Source of the DNA: Macrostomum lignano
Lineage: Eukaryota
Direction: 5' to 3'
Length of the DNA stretch: 64,000 nucleotides
Assembly (NCBI GenBank): GCA_002269645.1
Contig: NIVC01001601.1
Location: 310,578 to 374,577 of the forward strand
A program made the translations under genes and the position numbers. The notes beneath the pieces were generated by a model. That model saw nothing but the letters and a program-made list of their open reading frames with translations. It was not told the DNA's origin and made no database searches. Shown piece by piece: positions 25,301-39,789 of this stretch. The stretch's first letter is position 1. The number at the start of each line of letters is the position of its first letter.

Positions 25301-26482
25301 AAGAAAGAGCCGAAGAAGCCGCCGCAGAAGACGATGGTTGACAGACGAGATCGCTCCAGAGGCGGTGCCCAGTGACTGAGGATGCCGTTGCAGGCCGGGT
25401 ACGAGAAGCCCTGGGTGAGACGGGTGTCGCTTTACGTAAAACTTATACGTTGTTACTCAATCGATTAGTCGAAGCTTCAAGTTTTGGTCGGAAGCTGAAG
25501 TCCAAATGACAATTTAAAAGTCTACTTCACTTCCCAAGAGAGTACATGAGAGTACATGCACCTGACAGCCTGCTGTCAACATTTGAACACATAAAATGAT
25601 GCTGTGCAATAAAATTTGCACGATAAGTTGGATTGAACAGTTCAAGAATATATTCGAGCGTAGTCTTCTCTGGCCAACTGTTGAATACTCGTGAAACTCA
25701 TTAAAGTTTATCATGTACACTGCTTAATTACCCGCTCCACATTCGTATTCACAACGCCTCTAAGTGAACTATCGAGGACTGGTACTGTATATACTTCGAC
25801 GTATGTACCAAGTGATGAAAAATTCAAGTGGCAGCTGTTTGATCACACTGCACTTGGCTTCATTTTATGACTACTAGATTCTCAGCACCGCTCACCTCCA
25901 AGAGACCCTGCAGCACTCTAGCTACGATGGTGAGCTCAGTGCTACTCCGAATGCACAGCGGCAGCAGTATGTTGATCACGGAGGACCCCAGAGTGGTCAA
26001 AGAGTACACCAACGTTGCCGGATACCTAGTGGCCACAATACCAGCTGGAATTTGTAGAACCAGATAGCCCCAGAAGTAGGAGCTCTCGACTGTGCTCAGC
26101 TGAGATGTCGACCAGTGAACGCTGGATTTCTGTCATTTCAATTGGGCGTCTTGGTGCAGAATTGTTTGAAAGATACGTCGAAAGTTCATCAGAATTTACC
26201 AAGCCATCTAATTTCTTATTTTGAATGAGGGCTGAATAGACTCACAGCAACTGAAGCACCTGCCGTAGCATTTCTTTCGGAGTCCCGAAAGTGACCCGTT
26301 GCCACGCCAATGCTGCACCTGAATCCGAAGATAATTATCAGTCCTATGTGGCACAGAAATGCTGTCAGGTACCGTTTGAGAGAGCAGTTGCAGCAGCCGC
26401 ATCTTGCTGGACAGAAGCTATCGCTAGCAAATTGAGTCAAAGGTGATCTTCTGCCGTAGCGAGCCTTAGTGCTGCTACCCAT
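22307..26482 (-). CDS. Divergent VGLUT/SLC17-like transporter, paralogue B, ~534 aa, 9 coding exons
   Basis: Exons (minus strand): 26246-26482, 25896-26129, 25236-25410, 24859-24995, 23858-24007, 23565-23694, 23378-23488, 23171-23298, 22307-22609. Six internal exon lengths (234, 175, 150, 130, 111, 128 nt) are identical to paralogue A. Motifs [53 protein letters not shown] and [11 protein letters not shown] are present. Confidence 0.9.
22625..23075. repeat. ~17-bp minisatellite (CAATCACCAAAGCTTCA), last intron of VGLUT-B
   Basis: Tandem units visible. Confidence 0.88.
24160..24715 (+). mobile_element. 5'-truncated, decayed non-LTR retrotransposon 3' end (RNase H-bearing LOA/I/R1-like) in an intron of VGLUT paralogue B
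   Basis: Translates as [14 protein letters not shown]...CRQSR...[25 protein letters not shown], then after a stop/frameshift [12 protein letters not shown]. This resembles the post-RNase H region and an eroded CCHC knuckle of LINE ORF2. Ends in a short tandem tail (atcaagtaagtcaag). A homologous 3' piece lies at 54085-54262. Confidence 0.7.
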
Positions 26483-29400
26483 CGCTGCCTGAAATGTGCA
26501 CTGTGAAACTTCTACGAGTGAGCATATTTGCCACGAGACTTCGTGCTTTAAATAAGCTGCAGCTAGAAGATACTGTGTATTACTCAGAGGCTTTAGAGAG
26601 GGCTGGCGCGAGTCTTGGCACGCGACTCGATAATTGTGTTTATTCTTTTTGGTAGCAGAATGCGTACAAGCCTGATGAGTTTTAATTGCATTCGGTGCAG
26701 GCAGCAATGACTCTTGCTCTGCATTTGTGAGATTCAATTGTTCTGCACCTCTCAGCCCGATACCCACCCAGCTGGCACCGACTGCATCTTAAGGGCTTGG
26801 AAGAGGATTGAAAATGCAGTTGGCCAGTATAGTGTAGTGCAGTATAGTGCACTACAGTATAGTGCAGTAACCAAATTTAGTTTGCACAGGACTTCTAACA
26901 CACTCTTATAAGCTCAAAAATAAAGCAAAAAAGCTGTGAGTTCGCACGTGAAAAATGAGCAGGTTGGCATAGCCAAAGCGCATGTACGATAGCGCGTCTT
27001 GAGCAAATCAAGATGGCCCAGCTTTTGAAAAATATGAAATCACGGAGGACGGACTGGGCTGAGCCGGGCGCTCCCAACGACAGCGGGTTCCGCTGTCTGG
27101 GTTGACAGTGACTTCGCCTACTGTAGTGTTAAGCAGCTCCCCCAACCCATAGTCCCATAAATGTGCATGTATGTCAGGGTTAAAGTAGCAACTATTTATA
27201 CATGTAAGCTCGATACCGAATTCACTATTCGAGCAGCGGGCTCATTGTAATTGCTCTCATAGGATGGGGAGTGACTTCCACAAACAATATGAGACTATTA
27301 ATTATAAAATATTGACTTTTGGCATGGCAGGCAATTGCAAGAGCAGGTCCCTCTCGGTGCTAAAGTAGATCTGGGCAGTTCAAGATTCGTGGTTGAGCTG
27401 GCGTATGACGCTGACACATGGCTTAGGTTCTTGGTGCGAGTTTGGGGAGTCGATAAGCAAAAGAAGATGCATGGGAGCTTATGGATGATTTACCATTGTT
27501 TTTAAAAGAGATCACGGTCATTTAGAGTTCGAATCACGAATCAACGCGCGTGTCCTTTGGCCTGCGTTTCTTAGCAGCTGAGTGACGTAACATGTCTATC
27601 CCAGCTGTGATTGGTTAGTAAAATGGGGTGGGCGCTTCAGTAGTGGGGATACAAACATATGGGACTGCAGGTGCATGGGCGAAACAAGGACCACTAGGAA
27701 CACTAGTCTAGTAGTCCTTGGGGTGAAAAATCCATTGGGGCTTGGCAGTTTGGTAATTTTGAACAATAGCGTGGAGTTTGGGATGGGCGAAAAATGAGTT
27801 GCGTTGAGTTGAGTGATAAGTTGAGTTGTAAGATTGCGCCAAGCAGGATGCTGAAAGCTGCTTTAATGTTATATATGTATACTCCATTAAGCAGAAATGC
27901 TGCAGAATCTAGCAAATCATTTCTACCAAAAGGTGCAAAGAATCAGTTTTGTTTATATCAGCAGTTGTTTCTGTTAAGTTTTTAAACGAAGCATATAATT
28001 ATAAAAAAAGTTACTATAAAATATAATATTATATATTTAGTCAAGAAAACAAAAATGAAATAAAAGTGCCTACGTCTTACGTGGTAAGGTAAAGAAACCT
28101 GCATGCTATGCGTTCGTTGGAAAGTGTTACCATGTCACAACTCTTTACAATTAGAGTTATTTTAAATTGATTAGGCCTACCTGCTACCTACTGACCAAGA
28201 TTTCTAAATGGACCATTCAAATGTGCAGAACCCATTTTTCCAACCAATGTGTATTTTGACAGAAACAATTAGATAGTTAATTAATAATTAATTCATTGAC
28301 AGTAATGATTTATATTTTATACCTTTTTAATATAAAATTAAGATCAATTAAATTGTACTATAATATAAGACTATAAATATAATTGTACTATAAGAAGATG
28401 GTTTGTTGATTTATGATAACCAGCTCGTATCAGTAGAGTAGTAGCATTGCCACTACCCTAATGTATGTATTAGAGAACATTGAATTCTCATAGCTTTGTT
28501 TGAGATAAGAAACTTTTGGTTGTTTTATGCGCCATGAGCAAATAACTCAATATAAGCCTATGTCTGGCCTTATGGGCTTAGTGGTGAATTAAATTAATAA
28601 ATATTGATTAATGGATTTTATTAGCTATCATTAAAATAAGCTGATGACTACAGGCTATAAACAAGAGTTCCGGCTGTGCTGGGATGCTGAATAAATATTG
28701 TTAATTAAGGTTAACTAAGTTTTTGCAAGCTAATAAAATATATAATTGAGTAACAAACTATAGACACAAAAAATAATAATGCAAAAAGTCAAAAACAAAG
28801 GGAATGAAATAGGAGTAAAGGAAGTGCATGCCAACAGTGCAGCTATTTTGAGCCATATAGGGCCTAAAAAAGTAAAGTCATTGCATGAGTCAAGCAAGGT
28901 GAGTAGTCAAAGTCTAGTGGTAGTTTGCCTTACCACACATTATTAAATTCAAGCATTATTAAATTCTGGAATGTTACTAAATCTACTATTACTAAATTTT
29001 TGTTAATAAATTCAAGGGCACTCTCTTGGATAGTTTAGTAGCTAATGGCTCCTCAATAGGCAATAAAGGCAATCTTAAATCTAGATAGATTCTAGAAGGG
29101 ACTACAAGAATCCTCCATGGTAGCTCTTGGAAGAATAGTAGCTCTTTATAGTAGAGTTGCTAGGCTCTAAAATATGAGGCCTTCCTGGCTATCTATAGGA
29201 GGCTTCTATTTATATTTAAGCCAATAGAGAACTGAACTGCATAAATCTGTTCCTCCCATGCCTCAGATAAGGCCTGCCTAATTTGATAGATTTGACACCC
29301 AATTTTTTGAGTTTTCTGTTTATGCTTATAACTGTTTTATTTTTTTAAATATTTTCTAAAGTAATATGTCAAATTAAAGTTTTAAATTTGTAGATTAATA

Positions 29401-29491
29401 TATTTGCAGATTTGCTTTATGTATTATATGCCAGATTTTATATGCAGATAACTATACTATTATAAAATTTTAAAATATTTCTCATGCTTGG

Positions 29492-29650
29492 GTGCAACCT
29501 AGGGATTATCTGGCCATTTCTATTGGCAACACACACATGTAAGTTGCTATTGGCTGAGAGTAATCACGTGACTATTATTCTGTCCAATAGCAACTTACAT
29601 GTGTATGTTGTCAATAGAAATGGCAACTAAGTGATTCCTAAGGTTTGCAC
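29492..29650. mobile_element. MITE-like inverted repeat (foldback)
   Basis: 40-bp arms at 29514-29553 and 29584-29623 are reverse complements with 2 mismatches, around a 30-bp loop containing TCACGTGA. Degenerate outer arms extend to ~29492 and ~29650. Confidence 0.6.
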
Positions 29651-30277
29651 ATATATGATATTTCTATTGTTTTTAATGGCATTTTGCTTAGTTCACCCAC
29701 TTTTGTTCCAAATAATAGTTATAAATTCAAAATACCTATATTAATTTTGTCTTTGTTCTACAAATTATTGTCTGCAAACACTCCATTGAATTCTATTTTC
29801 ATAAGTAAAAAAGTTAGGTAGTAGGATAACTAATCATCATTGATTCAAGAAATGCAAGGGGAAATGTCTATATTGTAGGCTGTGCTATGTGTAGCAATAC
29901 CACTTGACCCAGCTAGAGCCACTATTTGTAGAGCAAACAAGCATAAAATTTAAACTTTTACATTCATTTTCATAGCTAATAACTGCAACTATAAATAATA
30001 ATTAGAATATGCAATGTAGACTATAATGCCAATGATGCTATTAGAGCAGTTGCAAGTAATAAAGCAATGTAATTCATTTAAAAGACCACAAATTTTTAAT
30101 ATTGCTTTTGATCTAACTACTACAGAAACAACAATAAATTACAATTTAAAGCTTTTCCCATAGATTTCTAAAATTATTTTTTGAATTATGGATTATTATG
30201 CATAATACATTGGAAGACACAAACGCCTAAACTGATGAAAGTTCAGCTAAAATCAATTCAAACCGCAAATTGTTGCC

Positions 30278-31048
30278 ATGTCGCTGCTGCCTCTGCTGAC
30301 TTCGTCGATCGCCCAACGCGGCTGCAGCCTTCAGCTGACTCGGCTGCTGTCAGCCTCGCCAGATTTGCGGTGTCGCGGCGGCCTCCTGGCCGTTGCTTTC
30401 ATGTCCACCGCGGCCAAGCCCGCCAGCGCCGGCTCGGCTCTGCGAAGCCTCGGCGTTAAGCCGGCGCAAACGTCGGCCTGGTGGCTGTCGTCGCTCGGCC
30501 GTCAGCCGGTGCGCTGGGGCGGCGGCGGCCACGGGCCTCGCAAGATGCTTGTGCAGCCGTCGCGCTACCAATGGGACCATATGTGGGATGACTATCACTA
30601 CTACTTCCTGCTGGGAGTGATCCCCTGCGCCACGCTGGCCATCATCCTCTACATCTTTGTCGGGCCGGCCGAGCTGACCGAGTTACCCGAGGACTACGAG
30701 CCGCAGGAGTACGAGTACCACCGGCACCCCCTCACCAGGGCCATCGCCTGGTTTAAAACTCACTACGTAGACTCGGACCAGGAGATGTACGAACGCGTGC
30801 TGGCTTATAAGAATGAGGAATACCTCAGGATGATGACTAAGAAGCAGTACCGCGACATCAAACACCAGGAGTCGTTGCTAGGCGACTATCGCGGCTATTA
30901 TTTTGTGCCGGTGAATCCCCGGCCGGTCAGTCAGCACCATTCGCATCGGCAGATTGATGATTTGACTGGCGACCTCCCGCTGGGGTACCAGTCCGAGGAT
31001 CCCAGGGAGCTGCCTACGGATATTGGCGCACCGGCGTATCAGTACTGA
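30278..31048 (+). CDS. NDUFB5: NADH:ubiquinone oxidoreductase subunit B5 (SGDH), intronless, 256 aa
   Basis: Arg/Ser/Leu-rich mitochondrial presequence, then GHGPRKMLVQPSRY, one TM helix, FVGPAELTELPEDYEPQEYEYHRHPLTRAIA and QEMYER, matching the NDUFB5 core (GxAELxxIPEGYxPxxWEYxKHPIxRWIA). Confidence 0.9.
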   Translation: MSLLPLLTSSIAQRGCSLQLTRLLSASPDLRCRGGLLAVAFMSTAAKPASAGSALRSLGVKPAQTSAWWLSSLGRQPVRWGGGGHGPRKMLVQPSRYQWDHMWDDYHYYFLLGVIPCATLAIILYIFVGPAELTELPEDYEPQEYEYHRHPLTRAIAWFKTHYVDSDQEMYERVLAYKNEEYLRMMTKKQYRDIKHQESLLGDYRGYYFVPVNPRPVSQHHSHRQIDDLTGDLPLGYQSEDPRELPTDIGAPAYQY

Positions 31049-31187
31049 TAACTGATTGATTCACTGGAATCCGGCTTGCTGTATGCAACTCATTTGAACT
31101 TTGGGGATGCACTTTTGTTTAGCTGGGGCTAGCAACAGGTTTTAGACATATATGGCAATTATTGAGCAAGCCTCTCAACATCCGTCA

Positions 31188-32352
31188 CATTGAATGACAA
31201 CTGGCTGTCAAAATCCGCCACCCATTGATTGACAACTGGCTGTCAAAATCCGCCCCCCCCATTGAATGACAACTGGCTGTCAAAATCCGCCCCCCCCATT
31301 GAATGACAACTGGCTGTCAAAATCCGCCCCCCCCCATTGAATGACAACTGGCTGTCAAAATCCGCCCCCCATTGAATGACAACTGGCAGTCAAAATCCGC
31401 CCCCCCCCATTGACTGACAACTGGCAGTCAAAATCCACACCCCTCATTGACTGACAACTGGCAGTCAAAATCCACACCCCTCATTGACTGACAACTGGCT
31501 GTCAAAATCCGCCCCCCATTGACTGACAACTGGCAGTCAAAATCCACACCCCTCATTGACTGACAACTGGCTGTCAAAATCCACACCCCTCATTGAATGA
31601 CAACTGGCTGTCAAAATCCACACCCCTCATTGAATGACAACTGGCAGTCAAAATCCGCCCCCCCATTGACTGACAACTGGCAGTCAAAATCCACACCCCT
31701 CATTGACTGACAACTGGCAGTCAAAATCCACACCCCTCATTGACTGACAACTGGCAGTCAAAATCCACACCCCTCATTGAATGACAACTGGCAGTCAAAA
31801 TCCGCCCCCCCCATTGACTGACAACTGGCAGTCAAAATCCACACCCCTCATTGACTGACAACTGGCTGTCAAAATCCACACCCCTCATTGAATGACAACT
31901 GGCTGTCAAAATCCACACCCCTCATTGAATGACAACTGGCAGTCAAAATCCGCCCCCCCATTGACTGACAACTGGCAGTCAAAATCCACACCCCTCATTG
32001 ACTGACAACTGGCAGTCAAAATCCACACCCCTCATTGACTGACAACTGGCAGTCAAAATCCACACCCCTCATTGAATGACAACTGGCAGTCAAAATCGCC
32101 CCCCCATTGACTGACAACTGGCAGTCAAAATCCACACCCCTCATTGACTGACAACTGGCAGTCAAAATCCACACCCCTCATTGACTGACAACTGGCTGTC
32201 AAAATCCGCCCCTCCATTGATTGACAACTGGCAGTCAATCCGCCCCCCTCATTGATTGACAACTGGCAGTCAATCCGCCCCCCTCATTGACTGACAACTG
32301 GCAGTCAAAATCCACACCCCTCATTGACTGACAACTGGCAGTCAAAATCCGC
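31188..32352. repeat. ~37-bp palindromic minisatellite (CATTGACTGACAACTGGCAGTCAAAATCCACACCCCT)
   Basis: Period 37 measured at 31701/31738; each unit has an internal inverted repeat. Confidence 0.94.
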
Positions 32353-32834
32353 CTCTGCTTTGAGAACTGGCTCAAATAAACAAGATTTTAGTGTCCTATA
32401 AATTGAAAAACTTACAACAGTGTAAATTTGCCAGCAAGCAGTGTGTTTGGCTCCTGTACATTAATGCTTTGGGTAATTTGAAACAGGCCACTTCTTGGTT
32501 TAGCTCTTATCTAATATTGAAGATGAACTTTTTCACCTGCTATATTTATTTAGTTTGCAAGCCCTTAGTAACAGTTCAATAAAGAATTGCTAGGTTATTC
32601 ATTATTTATTAGACTATTTCTAGTAGTTTAATGAAATGCTGCATAGTAAATCTAAGTGTTTAAGTAAGTAGTATATACCGCGTTTTGCTTCAATTCAATA
32701 TTCTGTGTTTCCTGCTAAACAAAATTTCTTGTGGTCTTGCGCTGTCAGAGGAAGTTGATAGTAAATATATAAATAACTTTGAAATTGCCTTGGCAAATGA
32801 TGGCTATGCTGTTTTTAACGTTTTTCCCATTTAG

Positions 32835-33995
32835 ATTAGGGATAATCCCATTCTCCTATTGGGGATAAATCCAGTTTGCATTGAAATCCCATTCCCGTAG
32901 TAGGGATAAATCCATTTTGCACTAAAATCCCAATTTCCTATTGGGGATAAATCCAGTTTGCATTGAAATCCCCATTCCCTATTGGGGATAAATCCAGTTT
33001 GCATTGAAATCCCAATTCCCTATTGGGGATAAATCCAGTTCGCATTGAAATCTCAATTCCCTATTGGGGATAAATCCAGTTTGCATTGAAATCCCAGTTC
33101 CCTATTGGGAATAAATCCAGTTTGCATTGAAATCCCCATTCCCTATTGGGGATAAATCCAGTTTGCATTGAAATCCCCATTCCCTATTGGGGATAAATCC
33201 AGTTTGCATTGAAATCCCCATTCCCTATTGGGGATAAATCCAGTTTGCATTGAAATCCCAGTTCCCTATTGGGGATAAATCCAGTTTGCATTGAAATCCC
33301 AGTTTCCTATTGGAGATAAATCCAGTTTGCATTGAAATCCCAGTTCCCTATTGGGGATAAATCCAGTTTGCATTGAAATCCCAGTTCCCTATTGGGGATA
33401 AATCCAGTTTGCATTGAAATCGCAGTTCCCTATTGGAGATAAATCCAGTTTGCATTGAAATCCCAGTTCCCTATTGGGGATAAATCCAGTTTGCATTGAA
33501 ATCCCAGTTCCCTATTGGGAATAAATCCAGTTTGCATTGAAATCCCAGTTCCCTATTGGGGATAAATCCAGTTTGCATTGAAATCCCAGTTCCCTATTGG
33601 GGATAAATCCAGTTCGCATTGAAATCCCAGTTCCCTATTGGGGATAAATCCAGTTTGCATTGAAATCTCAGTTCCCTATTGGGGATAAATCCAGTTTGCA
33701 TTGAAATCTCAATTCCCTATTGGGGATAAATCCAGTTCGCATTGAAATCTCAGTTCCCTATTGGGGATAAATCCAGTTTGCATGAAATCCCATTGCCCTA
33801 TTGGGGATAAATCCAGTTGGCATGAAATCCCATTGCCCTATTGGGGATAAATCCAGTTTGGATTAAAATCCCATTTCCCTAGTAGGGATAAATCCAGTTT
33901 GGATTAAAATCCTGTTTCCCTATTTAGGATAAATCCAGTTTGCTTTGAAATCCCATTGCTCTATTGGGGATAAATCCAGTTTGCATTAAAATCCC
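32835..33995. repeat. 41-bp minisatellite (CCCTATTGGGGATAAATCCAGTTTGCATTGAAATCCCAGTT) upstream of DRG2
   Basis: About 28 tandem units visible. Confidence 0.94.
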
Positions 33996-34138
33996 AATTA
34001 ATTGTCGCATTATGGACTCATTAAATCATATGCATGCGCTGACTGCCTAGAGGCAAAACAACACTCTGCTACTTTAAGTAGACTGCTGAGTAACCGCAGC
34101 CTCAGTCTGAGCTTCGAAATTGATAAATCCAGTTGATC

Positions 34139-36976
<2,838 letters not shown>

Positions 36977-37829
36977 TCTATTTTCTGCTCTTAGAGGCAA
37001 GGGCAGGTGAGAGGCGCCAGTATGTCCTCCTGAAGAGTCTACGATTTATTTAATGTATCGTGCATTCAATTTTATTGGATTGACCTTGTTAATCGCGTTT
37101 AATAATACTATGCTGATTTCAAAGTTGTGCTGTGCCCAGCAGCCGTTGCAGCGCTAAGTTATTGCTTTCAGAATTGCTGCTTCTAGATGATTTGGGAAGG
37201 GACTTATAGAAATCGCATGACTTTGTGCTCTGTTTTGACGGTAATTCTTTTCACCTTTCTCTTCCTAATTAGCGGTGTGTCTGAGGTTAGATCAGCAGGC
37301 TCAGGTGCTCAACTGTTGGCTTCTGTCATTGCCTAGAAAAATCTCCTTCCAGAAGCCAAGCAGCCAGCAGTTGTGCACCAATTAGTTTTTAAATCAAATT
37401 ATTCAGCTTTATTATCATCTTCGCTACCGAGACAGAGGGAAGCAAAATAAATTTGAATAAATAACCCGCTCCAATAGTGGCTGTTGGTGCGAATTATCTT
37501 TTTGAACGCATGTATTGTTTTTTAATTTTATTTTAATTACAATTTTTTGTACTTTAGCTACTTTATAGTGCTCCACATTACTTATAGTAGCAGTGAAAAC
37601 TAGCAATCTTCGTCCCTGTTGGGTGTCAACAAAAGAATGAAAAACAAAGAATGCTATACATGTAAAAAGCATTATACTATTGTTAGTTTCTTAGAGATGA
37701 AGGTCTTTAAGGTAGATAAGCATTACCTCTGATAGAAAGAGTTCAAGCCTAATATATCAGCATCCCCTTGAGCCTTGGCATCTCAGCAATACAGACAAAC
37801 TATCCGAGCTTTAAATATCTTCGCGTCAC

Positions 37830-39350
37830 TTAGAAGCCATCAGGGTTGCTATCGTCAATCATGGTGTAGGAGCATTTGTGATTAGCGCTGGTAAATCGGG
37901 GCCAAACGGCCAGCATTTCGCGAGCTTCAACACTTGGCGTTGCTAAGAACAATCTGAAGTGACACGGCGACACTGGCACAGCTCTGGAGATTTTAATTTC
38001 CGCCGCGGGTTCGAGTTCAACTTCGGCCTTCTGTCTGAGAATCCCGGTCAGATAGATCTCTCGGTAGTACACTAGCGGAGTGCTATTGATGTGGCCGGAC
38101 ATTGCTTTGAGCGCCGAGTTCGATACGGCATAGCCAGGGTTGTCCAACGCGGACTCTGGGTACATCTGGTCCGGGAACTGTCTCTTGCTGGTGTAACTTG
38201 GATCGTATGGATCACGGTGAACCCAGTCAGGTCGGAGCGACTTTCCAGCTATTCGCAACGGCATTCTACTATTAGTAGTATTACTATCAGCTTCTGGTCC
38301 AAGGCCAAGACCGTGTAAAAATCCAACTAGCTTCTTGATGTTCCAGAAGGCTTTGTCATTGGTTCTAATCGTATAGCCAGTTAGGGTCCGCTTTTTGGAT
38401 GCCAGGTGGAACAGCACCTTGGCCGAGCTGATCATGTCTAGTTCGCGCGGTGACCAGTCTGTCAGGGTGTTGTCGCTTGCAGACAGAATCAGAATGTCCT
38501 GTGGGCGTGAGCGACAAGCTTTTTGAGGCTGGCATTATTTATAATTTAGCTTCATCTTCCTAGATCTCACCTGTAGGCTTGGCTACTCCGATCCCAACTT
38601 GAAACTCACTTGCGTCATCTTGGTCTCCTCCATCAGCAGCTGCTGTGCCGCGGTGTCCCGCACTAGCGCATAAAATATGGCGCATCCGCCGCGCCATTCT
38701 CGCGGCAAGTCGTCCGAATTTAGACTGGACAGCCAAGTGTCTCTCGCCGCCTGGCGCTGTTGTCTGGCAGTCTCGGCTAAGCCAGCTGTTGAGGTGTTTA
38801 TTGCCGAGTCTTCTGGCACGTCTCCGAAAACGCTGGAGCCGATGACGAATAGCAGACGACTCGACGTGCACGTAGCTTTGAGATTTGGCGAGTGCACAAT
38901 GCTAACGTTGATGTTTGGCAGGTAGTCGATACCGCCTCGTCTTCTGCGTAGTTGCTGTCTTGAAATCGGCTTTTTTGTTGTTGGTTTCTCTGTCGTTCTT
39001 TGCGGCGTAGTCAAAGGCGTCATATTTAGCCTTTTGATCTTTTGATTGTAAAGTTTTACTTTAGGTTTATTCTTGGTTCTTCTGTTAGTGTTGGCAACTG
39101 CTGGGCGGTCCCGTTTCGCTGGAAAAAGGTTATCAAACTTTGGTATCGGCAGCGGCTCCTCGTGTGGCTCGTTGCCTGATGATATGCCAGGCAGCTCCAA
39201 GTGCAGACTCATTCCTCGGTAGTAGTGCAGATAGTACATTACAGCCAAAACTCCGAGGATTCCAACTAGATTTGCTTTGCGATTTCTTAATATTCGGCTT
39301 ATGCTTGGACACATTCTGTCGAGTCTATATCCGAAAACTTTTAGGCGCAT
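37830..39350 (-). CDS. GT31-family beta-1,3-glycosyltransferase-like type II membrane protein, 469 aa, 2 exons, catalytic motifs degenerate
   Basis: Exons 38610-39350 and 37830-38498 (phase 0). N-terminal TM (LVGILGVLAVMYYL), long stem, RQAARDTW, LMEE...DILI, TIRTNDKAFWNI (aligns with KTDDDxFVN), YP...GYAVS, REIYLTGIL (aligns with EDVYxTG), C-terminal EM..W....C. Confidence 0.8.
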
Positions 39351-39789
39351 ACCGTCAGTATAAAGGACAAATTTTACCGGGGAGTTTACTGTTTTTCCCT
39401 ATCCCGGCTCTAAGCGTCTTTCTTCCCTCTTTTCCTCTCCTTTTTAAACACCTGTTCCTGTTAGAAGGTGTACGTACCAGGTTGAATAAAGCTCTCCTTG
39501 GAAAAGGGTGTCAGTGTACTCTCTCGGAGACAGACTACTGTTAGAGACTGATGCTGATGCAGCTCCACACTGAAATTCCGTCCCTCCGGACTGCCTACTA
39601 GCTGGTATCTGTTGAATATTAGATGATGCAGTGCCGTGTGGTCTGCCCCCCATTGGCCGATCTGAGGGGCAGTAGCTATGCTAGCAACCTGGGGAACTTT
39701 TTACTGCTTTAGTAGCAATTGTTTTCGTGTCGCTGTAACTGGTCTACTGGTAATTGGTTTGCCATTGCTGCTGACTGTGGATTGCTCAA

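Noticed and set aside
27073-27101. GC-rich hairpin (GACAGCGG-gtt-CCGCTGTC) as a Helitron 3' end
   Set aside because: No CTRR terminus at the expected distance on either strand and no other Helitron features.
19290-28660. Hammerhead ribozyme cores at CTGATGA occurrences (~19310, ~25140, ~26673, ~28641)
   Set aside because: No compatible stem II/GAAA/stem III-NUH arrangement could be built by eye.
31188-33995. CRISPR-like appearance of the 37-bp and 41-bp palindromic arrays (the latter contains ATTGAAAT)
   Set aside because: No unique spacers, units abut directly, no cas genes, eukaryotic intron-containing context.
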